Origin: Polyangiales bacterium
GTDB taxonomy: Bacteria > Myxococcota_A > Polyangia > Polyangiales > Houyiibacteriaceae
Direction of reading: 5' to 3'
Length of the DNA stretch: 64,000 nt
Assembly (NCBI GenBank): GCA_045106895.1
Contig: JBGCFM010000074.1
Span: 1-64,000 of the forward strand
The position numbers and the translations under genes are program-made. Below, piece by piece: positions 46,828-55,576 of the stretch (its first letter is position 1; the number at the start of each line of letters is the position of its first letter). The notes under the pieces were generated by a model. That model saw nothing but the letters and a program-made list of their open reading frames with translations. It was not told where the DNA came from and searched no databases.

Positions 46828-48705
46828 GTGGAAAACACGGAGGAGTGGGGAGAGAACCCGTGGCTCAAGACCCAGTCTCCAAGTGAGGCGGCGGCGGCGG
46901 CGCGTATGAAGACGCTCCTGCCGGCGCTGGATCGGCTTCAGGAGGACAGCGCATCCACGCTGCACACTCTTCGCCCCGACGAGGTGCCCACCGTCGACGG
47001 CTCTACGGCGACGGGCATCACCGTCAGCGATGAAGTTCTCGGCCGCGGAGGTATGAGCGTCGTCCTATTAGGTCGGCAGCACTCTCTTGGACGCAACGTC
47101 GCCATCAAGACCATCGGCGCGCCGGGAGAGAGCCCGGCGAGTCCGTCGACGCAGGTCTCGGACGTGCTGCTGCGCGAAGCTCAGATCACCGGGCGCCTCG
47201 AGCACCCAAACGTTTTGCCACTCTACGATCTCTGCGTGGGTGAGGACGGTCATCCGCAGCTCATCTTGAAGCGAATCGAAGGTCGCCCTTGGACGGACTA
47301 CATCCAGGACCCAGAGCTCATCGAAAAGGAGCAGCCGGGCTCCACGGACATCGAACGATGGCACCTCCAGGTGTTCCTGCAGGTCTGCAATGCGATTCGT
47401 TTTGCGCACGCGCGGGGCGTGATCCACCGCGACCTCAAGCCCGACAACGTCATGATCGGCGCCTTCGGTGAGGTCTACGTGCTCGACTGGGGAATCGCCG
47501 TCCGTCAAGGGGAGCCGGCGAGCGGACAGCTCGCTGGCACGCCGGCGTACATGGCGCCGGAGATGGCTTCCGGAGAGACCTTGGACGAGCGCACGGACGT
47601 CTACCTCTTGGGTGCTGTGCTCTATGAGCTCTTTCATCAGCGGCCACCCCATCGCGGGGACTCCTTCGCGATGGTCATGTGGTCGTCGCTCACGAGCCGC
47701 CCTTCTATCTCGGACGGTACGGCGCCCGGATTTGCCGAAGTGATTCGCCGCGCGATGCAGCTCCTTCCGGCGGAGCGCTTTCAGACGGTGGAGTCTCTTC
47801 AAAGCGCCGTGGTCAACGCCCTGGAGCGACGCGACGCCGAACTGATGTGCGCCGAAGCCACCCTCAAGCTTGGCGAACTTGAGTCCCTTCTCGAAGACTC
47901 CGACGCGGAGGACGTTGTCACGGCGACGGTCCACGAGCTCTACGGCCAAGCGCGCTTCGCGTTCCGCACCGTGCTCGATCGTTTCGGTAGCTGGGAAGAG
48001 GCGGCGGAAGGCGAACGACAGCTTCACATCGCGATGGCGCGCCACGCCCTGGCCCTTGGCGAGACGGCGAGCGCCGAGGCGTATCTTGCGCGGGTGGAAG
48101 AGGCGCCCCCGGAGCTCCTTCGCGCCATCGAAGCGCGGCGCGCCAAAGACGCGTCGGTCACGGACAGGCTCAACACCCTCGAAGCCTTTCGATCCAACTT
48201 GGACCGGAATAAGAGCCGACGCCGACGCTTCTATCTCGCCTGCGCGCTCGGCACCTTTTGGGTGGTCCATGGTCTCTACCTGCAGCTAAGTGGTGGCCCC
48301 GAGGGCCTCACCTACATGAGCGGAATGGTCTCGCCCCTCGTCAACTCCGCGCTGCTCCTTGCGCTTCTAAAGTTGGGCAAGGGCTGGAATCGCTACGACC
48401 GCCGCCTCTTGGCGCTGACCTCTTTGGGTTTTTTCGCGGAGTTCGGTCTCGATGTCTCGCTCTATGTCACAGGCACGAGCGCTGCCCAGTCACTCGTCCA
48501 CGACCTCGTGGTTCGCGGCTTCATGGTCGGCGTACTCGCCATCTATGTCGACCGCGCCCTGGTACTCCCCGCCGCCATGCTCGGCGCCGGCGCCTTCGCC
48601 TCAGCGTTCTTTCCCGCCTACGTTCTGTGGTGGGTGATCGCGACGAATGGCGTGATCATGGGGGTGCTCGCGTGGCGTTGGCGGCCGCAAAAAAAAGCCG
48701 CGTAG
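46828..48705 (+). CDS. Ser/Thr kinase with helical linker and multi-pass C-terminal membrane domain
   Basis: LGRGGMSVV, LEHPNV, HRDLKPDN, DWG, GTPAYMAPE; ~5 C-terminal TMs. Confidence 0.9.
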   Translation: MENTEEWGENPWLKTQSPSEAAAAARMKTLLPALDRLQEDSASTLHTLRPDEVPTVDGSTATGITVSDEVLGRGGMSVVLLGRQHSLGRNVAIKTIGAPGESPASPSTQVSDVLLREAQITGRLEHPNVLPLYDLCVGEDGHPQLILKRIEGRPWTDYIQDPELIEKEQPGSTDIERWHLQVFLQVCNAIRFAHARGVIHRDLKPDNVMIGAFGEVYVLDWGIAVRQGEPASGQLAGTPAYMAPEMASGETLDERTDVYLLGAVLYELFHQRPPHRGDSFAMVMWSSLTSRPSISDGTAPGFAEVIRRAMQLLPAERFQTVESLQSAVVNALERRDAELMCAEATLKLGELESLLEDSDAEDVVTATVHELYGQARFAFRTVLDRFGSWEEAAEGERQLHIAMARHALALGETASAEAYLARVEEAPPELLRAIEARRAKDASVTDRLNTLEAFRSNLDRNKSRRRRFYLACALGTFWVVHGLYLQLSGGPEGLTYMSGMVSPLVNSALLLALLKLGKGWNRYDRRLLALTSLGFFAEFGLDVSLYVTGTSAAQSLVHDLVVRGFMVGVLAIYVDRALVLPAAMLGAGAFASAFFPAYVLWWVIATNGVIMGVLAWRWRPQKKAA

Positions 48706-48964
48706 CTGCACATTGAAGGAAAGGCGCGTGCTCGATACGCTTGGCTCATGCGAGCCGTGACATTGCTGTGCGTGCTCCTCGGCTGTGGACAGACGCGGCT
48801 CGAGGTCGTCGACGCGGCCATCGACGCGATGAGCGCGTGATCGTCTTCACCAGCGATCGCTCGGGACGCGACAAAACACACGTAGCGACACGTGACGGCG
48901 GACTCTTCTGATCCGGCGTGACGTGGACGTGGTGACACCTCGCTTCGTGCGCCGATAGCGCCTA

Positions 48965-49600
48965 ATGTCGAACGCCATGAAGTCATCCGAAGAGTCCATC
49001 GACGTTTCTCCAAACAACCCCTGCCCGTTCTTGCGAGCGCTCGTTGGCGGGGGACGACTCCCGAATGATGTCGCACCCCTGGCGCTGGTAGCTGACACCA
49101 TCGTGGAGGTCGCTGGCGCCGGGGATAGCAGTCCCGTGTTGCCGGGCGCACCGATTCGTGGCGTGGCCGCCATCGCGAACGGGCTGAGCCCGCTTCAGAT
49201 CGCTCGTAACATCCTTGGAGGCGTTCGCCTCGACGCGCTCCGCGACGGCCCACTCGACAAGAACGGTTCCGGCTCGCGGATTTTGTCGAAGGACGCATCG
49301 GTCAACGAGGCGGAGCTGGATCGACTGGATAGTTTCGCGAGCGACAAGGTCAGCGCCGATGGCCAGACCGAGCGCGGACTGAGCGCCGACGAGCTCACGA
49401 CCATGATGGACGCGAACTTTGAGCGCGCCAAAGGCCAGCGACGACGCGTTCACCGACGCATGATGAATGCTGAGTGGCCAGTGCTGCTTAAGGTGATGGG
49501 CAAGGACGGTAGGAGCGGGCGTTATCTGAGCGTCGCGGATGTTCGACACCTCGTCGTTCAGCGGAAGTTGCCCGAACGTATGTCCGGGCGACTCCGCTGA
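48965..49600 (+). CDS. hypothetical protein with N-terminal PCP motif and EF-hand-like segments
   Basis: NNPCPFLRALV; GSRIL...EAELDRL; GLSADEL; YLSVADVR...LP. Confidence 0.5.
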   Translation: MSNAMKSSEESIDVSPNNPCPFLRALVGGGRLPNDVAPLALVADTIVEVAGAGDSSPVLPGAPIRGVAAIANGLSPLQIARNILGGVRLDALRDGPLDKNGSGSRILSKDASVNEAELDRLDSFASDKVSADGQTERGLSADELTTMMDANFERAKGQRRRVHRRMMNAEWPVLLKVMGKDGRSGRYLSVADVRHLVVQRKLPERMSGRLR

Positions 49601-49612
49601 ATCGTGGAGGCC

Positions 49613-50566
49613 TCAGGGTTTGAGAGCGAAGATCTTCACGCTCGCGGCGAACTCATTCACGTCGAAGGTGTCGAGTAGTGCGCCCATGGTCTGGTGGTAC
49701 TCCGAGGCGACGTCGACGTCGCTTTTCGGTGCTGACTTCGCAGAGTCCTCCGTGGTGGGCGGGCAGCAGCCGCTCTCGGACTCGGCGGCCTTCGCTTCCG
49801 GCGCGCAGCATCCGGCGTCGGCGTCGGCGCTCATATCCCCGGCGGTTTCAGGTCCGCAGCAGGCGGCGTGGCCACCATCTCGGTAGGCGTTGAGGTCCGA
49901 ATTCGAGTCGACGATGTCGATCTCCGAGAAGCCCGCCGCGCTCAGCTTCTCACGATTGACCTCGATGGTCATCGCGCCGGCGATGCACCCGGTCCATGCG
50001 GCGACTTCCTTTTCGATCTCCGCAGGCAGCGTCTTCCGAAGCGCGATGTCGGAGATGGCGAGTCGGCCACCTGGCTTGAGGATGCGGAAGATCTCTTTGA
50101 GGGCGACGTCCTTGTCTGCGCAGAGGTTGAGCACACAGTTTGAGATGACGCAGTCGACGGAGTTATCCGGGATGGGCATCGCCTCGATCTCCGCGAGGTA
50201 GAACTTGACGTTTTCGTAGCCGCCGCGGGCTGCGTTCTTGCGCGCGAGGGAGACCATGTCCCCGGTTATGTCGATGCCGATGGCGCGGCCCGTGGGACCG
50301 ACGGCTTTGGACGCGAGGAACACATCGAGGCCGCCGCCGGCGCCGAGGTCCACGACGGTCTCACCCGCACGAATGGACGCCATGGCGACGGGGTTGCCGC
50401 AGGACAGGCCCATGTTCGACTCCGCCGGAATGCTGGCGAGCTCCTCCTCGGAGTAGCCGAAGGCTTTGGCGATGCCTTTGATGTTGTCGTGGTCCGAGCT
50501 GAGGCCCGCCGTCGCGACGGCGCCGTACCCTTTTCTCACTGCATCGCTGATGTTGGTGTCGCTCAT
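49613..50566 (-). CDS. arsM: arsenite S-adenosylmethionine methyltransferase
   Basis: [33 protein letters not shown]; lies downstream of arsR. Confidence 0.88.
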   Translation of the reverse strand: MSDTNISDAVRKGYGAVATAGLSSDHDNIKGIAKAFGYSEEELASIPAESNMGLSCGNPVAMASIRAGETVVDLGAGGGLDVFLASKAVGPTGRAIGIDITGDMVSLARKNAARGGYENVKFYLAEIEAMPIPDNSVDCVISNCVLNLCADKDVALKEIFRILKPGGRLAISDIALRKTLPAEIEKEVAAWTGCIAGAMTIEVNREKLSAAGFSEIDIVDSNSDLNAYRDGGHAACCGPETAGDMSADADAGCCAPEAKAAESESGCCPPTTEDSAKSAPKSDVDVASEYHQTMGALLDTFDVNEFAASVKIFALKP

Positions 50567-50590
50567 GTTCTTCTCTTTCATTGGTTCGTT

Positions 50591-50914
50591 CTAGGACTCT
50601 GTGGGGGGCGGGCAGCAAGGCGCGGAGTCGGCGCCCTCGTCCACGCAGCACTCTTGGGCGAAGACATCGAAGGTCGCGGCCATCACGCTGTAGTCGGCGC
50701 GGCAGATCAGCGTCGTGCCCTGCCGCTCTTGCTGCACAAGGCCGACGCGGATGAGCTTGTGGAGGTGATGGCTCAACGTGGACGCTGGCATCTCAAGGTG
50801 CTCTCGAACGTCCGAAACGCTCCGGCCACTCTGCCCAGCGCGCACCAAGAGGCGGTAAATGGACAGGCGGGTCTCGTTGCCGAGAGCGGCCATTCGGTCT
50901 GCGATCGTCTTCAC
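50591..50914 (-). CDS. arsR: ArsR/SmtB repressor with C-terminal Cys pairs
   Basis: ALGNETRLSIYRLLV, STLSHHL..L...GLV, QECC...PCC. Confidence 0.85.
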   Translation of the reverse strand: MKTIADRMAALGNETRLSIYRLLVRAGQSGRSVSDVREHLEMPASTLSHHLHKLIRVGLVQQERQGTTLICRADYSVMAATFDVFAQECCVDEGADSAPCCPPPTES

Positions 50915-50920
50915 ACAAAC

Positions 50921-50975
50921 TCTATAAACACGGGCTCAAACAATCACAACCGTATTTCTAGAATTACCGAATCTT
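50921..50975 (-). promoter_or_regulatory. sigma70-like arsR promoter (TTGTGA-17-TATAGA) and possible ArsR operator
   Basis: -35 at 50944-50949, -10 at 50921-50926; AT-rich tatttctagaatta with a ttctagaa palindrome just upstream. Confidence 0.5.
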
Positions 50976-51025
50976 TAAAACCCAGGAGCCGGCGGCCCTC
51001 TGACACACCTGCGCACACCTGCGGA

Positions 51026-51787
51026 CTAGGCCTTGAGCTTCCAGCCGGTGCGGAAGATCCACCAGACGACCCCGAGGCACCCAAAGAGGAAGCCTAGGAT
51101 GACCAGTGTGCTCACGAGCACGTTGACGTCTGCGGTGCCGTAGAAGCTCCAGCGGAACCCGCTGATGAGGTAAACGACGGGGTTAGCGAGGGTGACCTTC
51201 TGCCAAAACGGCGGGAGCATATCGATGGAGTAGAACGCGCCGCCGAGGAAGGTCAGTGGGGTAACGACGAGGAGCGGGATGAGCTGGAGCTTCTGAAAGT
51301 CGTCGGCCCAGAGACCGATGATGAAACCAAAGAGACTAAAAGTGAGCGACGTAAGGATGAGAAAACAGAACATCCACACTGGGTGGAGGATCTCATAGGG
51401 GACAAAGAGCCGCGCGGTGACGAGGATGAGCAAACCGATCATCACGGACTTGGTGGCGGCAGCGCCGACATAGCCGAAGACGACTTCCAGGTAGGACACC
51501 GGCGCTGAGAGGATCTCGTAGATGGTGCCAGACCACTTGGGCATGTAGATGCCGAAGGACGCATTGGAGATGCTCTGGTTGAGAAGCGAGAGCATGATGA
51601 GTCCGGGGATGATAAACGCGCCGTAACTCACCTCGCCGATGTCACCGACGCGCGATCCGATAGCGCCGCCAAAGACGACGAAATAGAGCGCCGTGGACAG
51701 CACCGGTGACACCAGGCTCTGCATGAGCGTGCGCCGCGTGCGCGCCATCTCGAACTGGTAGATCGCGCGGACTCCGTACCAGTTCAC
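51026..51787 (-). CDS. ABC-2 type permease (YadH-like)
   Basis: [44 protein letters not shown]. Confidence 0.9.
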   Translation of the reverse strand: MNWYGVRAIYQFEMARTRRTLMQSLVSPVLSTALYFVVFGGAIGSRVGDIGEVSYGAFIIPGLIMLSLLNQSISNASFGIYMPKWSGTIYEILSAPVSYLEVVFGYVGAAATKSVMIGLLILVTARLFVPYEILHPVWMFCFLILTSLTFSLFGFIIGLWADDFQKLQLIPLLVVTPLTFLGGAFYSIDMLPPFWQKVTLANPVVYLISGFRWSFYGTADVNVLVSTLVILGFLFGCLGVVWWIFRTGWKLKA

Positions 51788-52737
51788 GAGGGCTCTCCTT
51801 TCGCGGAGCTGCTGGAGCCGGGGTCGTTGATGAGGTCGACGAAGATCTCTTCCAGTGAGCTCTGGTGGGAGTCGATGTCGTCAAAGTCGATGCCCTCCTC
51901 GCCAAGGCGCCTCAAAACACCTGCGATATCGGCATTTTCTGCCTGGCGCTCGAAGGTGTAAACGAGCGACATAGAATCCTCGCTCAAGGCCAGGGGAAGG
52001 TCTGCGAGGGCCGCGGGAACCTTGGTGAGAGGCAATCGCAGCGCGAGGCGAAGCTGCTTTTTGCCCAGCTTTTGCATGAGCGCTGTCTTGTCTTCAACCA
52101 GGAGCAGCTCGCCATCACGGATGACGCCGATTCGGTCCGCCATCATCTCGGCCTCTTCGATGTAGTGCGTCGTCAAGATGATGGTGACCCCTTGCTCGCG
52201 AAGGCCGTGGACCATCTTCCACATATCGTGACGCAGTTCGACGTCGACACCGGCGGTGGGCTCGTCAAGGAAGAGAATCGTCGGCTCGTGGCTGAGCGCC
52301 TTGGCGATGAGAACACGGCGCTTCATGCCGCCGGAGAGCGTCATGATCTTGCTGTCGCGTTTGTCCCAGAGCGAGAGGTCCCGCAGCACCTTCTCGATGT
52401 ACTTCGCGTTCGGCGGCTTGCCGAAGAGCAGGCGGCTAAAGTTCACCGTCGCCCACACCGTCTCAAAGGAGTCCGTCGACAGCTCCTGTGGCACGAGGCC
52501 AATCTCGCGACGCGCGGCGCGATAGTCTTTGACGATGTCGTGACCCGAGGCCAACACCGTTCCCGCCGTGGGGTTCACGATGCCACAGATGATGTTGATG
52601 AGCGTACTCTTGCCAGCGCCGTTGGGACCGAGGAGCGCAAAGATCTCCCCGCGCTCGATGCTCAGGTCGATGTTCTTGAGCGCTTGGAAGTCGCCGTTGG
52701 TTTTCTGCAAACCTTGAATGGAGATAACGGGCGGCAT
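51784..52737 (-). CDS. ABC transporter ATP-binding protein (YadG-like)
   Basis: [30 protein letters not shown]. Confidence 0.92.
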   Translation of the reverse strand: MPPVISIQGLQKTNGDFQALKNIDLSIERGEIFALLGPNGAGKSTLINIICGIVNPTAGTVLASGHDIVKDYRAARREIGLVPQELSTDSFETVWATVNFSRLLFGKPPNAKYIEKVLRDLSLWDKRDSKIMTLSGGMKRRVLIAKALSHEPTILFLDEPTAGVDVELRHDMWKMVHGLREQGVTIILTTHYIEEAEMMADRIGVIRDGELLLVEDKTALMQKLGKKQLRLALRLPLTKVPAALADLPLALSEDSMSLVYTFERQAENADIAGVLRRLGEEGIDFDDIDSHQSSLEEIFVDLINDPGSSSSAKGEPS

Positions 52738-52786
52738 CGCCGTTTCATAGCAGGTGACTAGGACATGGCGAAGCGCCTCAGCCGGC

Positions 52787-53190
52787 CTAGCGAACGCGGC
52801 AGCGGCTCTCGAAGTTGTCTGCCCACGCCCACCCCGCCACAGGCTGTAGAACCTGACGCCGCCGGCCTCGCCGCTCCCCAAGCACAACCGTCGTGCCGTC
52901 GGGGATTGCCCCCACGACACGCGCCCCGCGCCTCGGCCCCGCGCGCACGTTCAACGAGGAACCTGGGTCACGAGGAACCTGGGTCACGAACGACCCGGTC
53001 ACATTGCATCCTGACGCGTCCGCGCACCTCAGAAACCCCGCTCGACTCGCCGTAGGGAGTCGTCACTGTTCCCGTCTGAGGATCGTCCGGTGACCGCGAT
53101 ACTTGGGTACGCGTAAAGGAATAGTGATGAACAGCGGAGCCGTGGATGGCTGGCCGCCGGAAGTGAGGCGGAATACGCCTGCGCCGTGGC
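52787..53190 (-). pseudogene. remnant of an SH3-domain (SH3b) protein disrupted by a 16-bp tandem duplication
   Basis: [12 protein letters not shown]...G..V.....GW; unit cgaggaacctgggtca is duplicated at 52955-52986. Confidence 0.5.
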
Positions 53191-53340
53191 TAGATGAGCC
53201 GCTCATCGATCACTCGATGAGAGACCCCCGCAGCCTTGGGTTCACTCCGGTCAGAACCTAGAGACGCTAGCGTCTCTGTTGAAAGACGCCGAGCCCTTGG
53301 ACTCGCGGACCGACGTGCTGCGCGGAAGCCGCGTTTGGCT

Positions 53341-53682
53341 CTAGAGCTGACGTCGCAGGAAGTCGTCGAGCTTCGCCGGCCACTGGTGCTGAAAGAGCGG
53401 GCGTCGACGGCGCGCTTCGCGATCGGCGAAGTCCAAGAACTGGTGGCTCAGGCTGCGAAAGTGCTCCGCTTCTTCTTCGCGTAGCTTGTTCGTCTCGGCG
53501 GAGAACGCGTCGCTCCACTCTGTGCCAGCCGCCATGCAATAGAGCTTGGAGTGCACGCGCTCGAAGAAAGCGCGCGCGTCGCCAGACGATGCGTCATAGT
53601 CAACGGAGAGCGCGTAGATGGCGCGGAACTTCTCATAGAAGTCCTCGACGTTTTGGGCGCTCTGATCGGCGTCGGTGTTCAT
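53341..53682 (-). CDS. miniature RhuM C-terminal-like domain protein
   Basis: aligns by eye with the in-window RhuM: FY.K...YA...DYD...FF..V..KL; LD.A...ARR...QW...LDDFL. Confidence 0.6.
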   Translation of the reverse strand: MNTDADQSAQNVEDFYEKFRAIYALSVDYDASSGDARAFFERVHSKLYCMAAGTEWSDAFSAETNKLREEEAEHFRSLSHQFLDFADREARRRRPLFQHQWPAKLDDFLRRQL

Positions 53683-53766
53683 GGAGTGCGTAGCTTATCA
53701 GGTCGGCGGAGGGCGGCGGCGATGAGCCATTGCGCAAACATGTGACCTCCCCCAAGAACCAAACGC

Positions 53767-54111
53767 ATGAGACCATACAAACCAGACGGTGACGAAGAGG
53801 AGAACGTGAAACCAGCGGGGTTCGACCCGTTCGCCGCGCCACCACCCAGCGTGCCGAACAAACGTCAGGAGCGCTTGAGAAGGCGGCGGCGACATATCCG
53901 AATGGCCCTCACAACGACGCTTCCGGTCGCGCTCTGCATGATTCTCATCTTCGTCTTCAAAGTCCAGATCGCTATCGCCGTCGCCGTCGTCCTTGGTCTA
54001 TTCCATCTAATCATGGGAATCGCCGACATGATCCTCGGCGAGCGGCGAGAGCCCGAGCAAGAGCCCGACACGGACACCTACGCGCGGTGGTTCGGGTTTC
54101 GCGATTGGTGA
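53767..54111 (+). CDS. small 2-TM membrane protein
   Basis: Arg cluster followed by two hydrophobic helices. Confidence 0.5.
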   Translation: MRPYKPDGDEEENVKPAGFDPFAAPPPSVPNKRQERLRRRRRHIRMALTTTLPVALCMILIFVFKVQIAIAVAVVLGLFHLIMGIADMILGERREPEQEPDTDTYARWFGFRDW

Positions 54112-54124
54112 GCATTGGATGCGG

Positions 54125-55576
54125 CTAGCGAGGTGATCGAACGACCTCTTCTTGCTCCCAATACACCCCGCGCTCGTCGTGGGCGCTCCACGTGGAGAAG
54201 CGCTGCCGCACTCGGCGCACGCGGACCGCTCGGGGACGCTCACCGTCAAAGGGGTCACTAGCGAGTAACGCGAGCACGTCCGGCTCGGCGCGCTCCAAGG
54301 CGGCGTGGAGTTCGTCGACGAGGGGAGCGTAGGCCGGGTGTCCAAGGGCGGCGAACCAGAGCCCCCAGTCGAGGCGGGGCAGGTGCGGCGCGCTCTGCGA
54401 TGGAAGCTCGTCAGGGGAGTCAGGCTTCGCCGAAAACTCGTAGCGCTGCCAGCGTGTGCCGTCCGCCGTCCCTTCGAAGATGAACTCCACGCGCTCCGTG
54501 GTCATTCGCGCAAAGAGACCGTAGCCGCTGACGAGGCGAAGAGGCTGAAGCGCGACGTAGAAGTTGCCGACGCTGGCCGGCATGCGACTCCATCCGACGA
54601 GCGTGCCGAAGGTCGGGATGAGCGCGAACACCATAAGCGCAGCCGCCATCCCTTGGCGCCAGCGCTGATGCAACACACTCGCCGAGGGAGGCTCATCTGC
54701 GTCCGACGGTTGCAGACGCGTGGGCAAACGGCGCCGCCAGAAAGCGTCGTCGATGGCCGGCAGACAAAGGGACATGGCGAGGAGGTTGAAGAAGCCGAAG
54801 TTCCCCGTGACCAAGAATGCACCTTGAAGGGCAACCAACCCCACAGCTGCATGACGCCGCGCACGCGGCACGAAAAGCAAACACGGCAGCACGAGTTCGG
54901 CGGCGAGAGCCGACGCCACGCAAGCGGAGTGGAATGAATCTGGCAGCTGGTGGACGTACCAAGACAGCGGCCCTGGAAGCGGCTGCGTCCAGTAGTGAAA
55001 CTGAAGCGCGGACAGGTCCCGCCAAGTCGCGCCGCCGAGCTTGACGACGCCGGAACAGAACACGAGACGAAAGTTCAAAAAGTAGAGCGCGTAGCGAGCC
55101 AGCGCCGGCGCAGGGACATCGCGCCCTTTCTTCGCCGACAAGGTCGCGAGGGGAATCGCCACCACGCACGTCTCAAGCAAGAGCGCATCCCATTGGTACG
55201 CAAAGAAGCTCGCGCCAATGTTGACGATGGAGAGGTACGAGACGAAGCAGGTGACGAGCGCCGGAATGCAGAGGCGGCCGGCCATGAGCAAGAGTGACCC
55301 GGCGACGCCCAGGTACGCGATGCTGTGCAGCGCGCCGTTCGTCGCACTCAGCCAAGCCAGGCTAGGTGCGCTCCAAAAGCCCGCACCTTGTGCGCGAAGG
55401 TCGTCGAGCCAGAACGCTGCGGGAAAGAGACCGGCATCGCCAATAAGGCCGTCGAGTTGCGCATTCGCGCTGACGAAGGCGAGGAGGAGTACGCCGCCAA
55501 GGGCGCGGAGGAAGAGTCTGGCGGCTAGGTCGTAGGTCTTCGCCGCAGCAGGCGCCGGGATGTTCGAAGCGCTCAC
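54125..55576 (-). CDS. lipase maturation factor (LMF) family membrane protein
   Basis: GLIG..G..P, YQWDALLLE, SGVVKL, HYWTQPLP, GNFGFFN, YGLFARMT, PHLPRLDW. Confidence 0.9.
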   Translation of the reverse strand: MSASNIPAPAAAKTYDLAARLFLRALGGVLLLAFVSANAQLDGLIGDAGLFPAAFWLDDLRAQGAGFWSAPSLAWLSATNGALHSIAYLGVAGSLLLMAGRLCIPALVTCFVSYLSIVNIGASFFAYQWDALLLETCVVAIPLATLSAKKGRDVPAPALARYALYFLNFRLVFCSGVVKLGGATWRDLSALQFHYWTQPLPGPLSWYVHQLPDSFHSACVASALAAELVLPCLLFVPRARRHAAVGLVALQGAFLVTGNFGFFNLLAMSLCLPAIDDAFWRRRLPTRLQPSDADEPPSASVLHQRWRQGMAAALMVFALIPTFGTLVGWSRMPASVGNFYVALQPLRLVSGYGLFARMTTERVEFIFEGTADGTRWQRYEFSAKPDSPDELPSQSAPHLPRLDWGLWFAALGHPAYAPLVDELHAALERAEPDVLALLASDPFDGERPRAVRVRRVRQRFSTWSAHDERGVYWEQEEVVRSPR

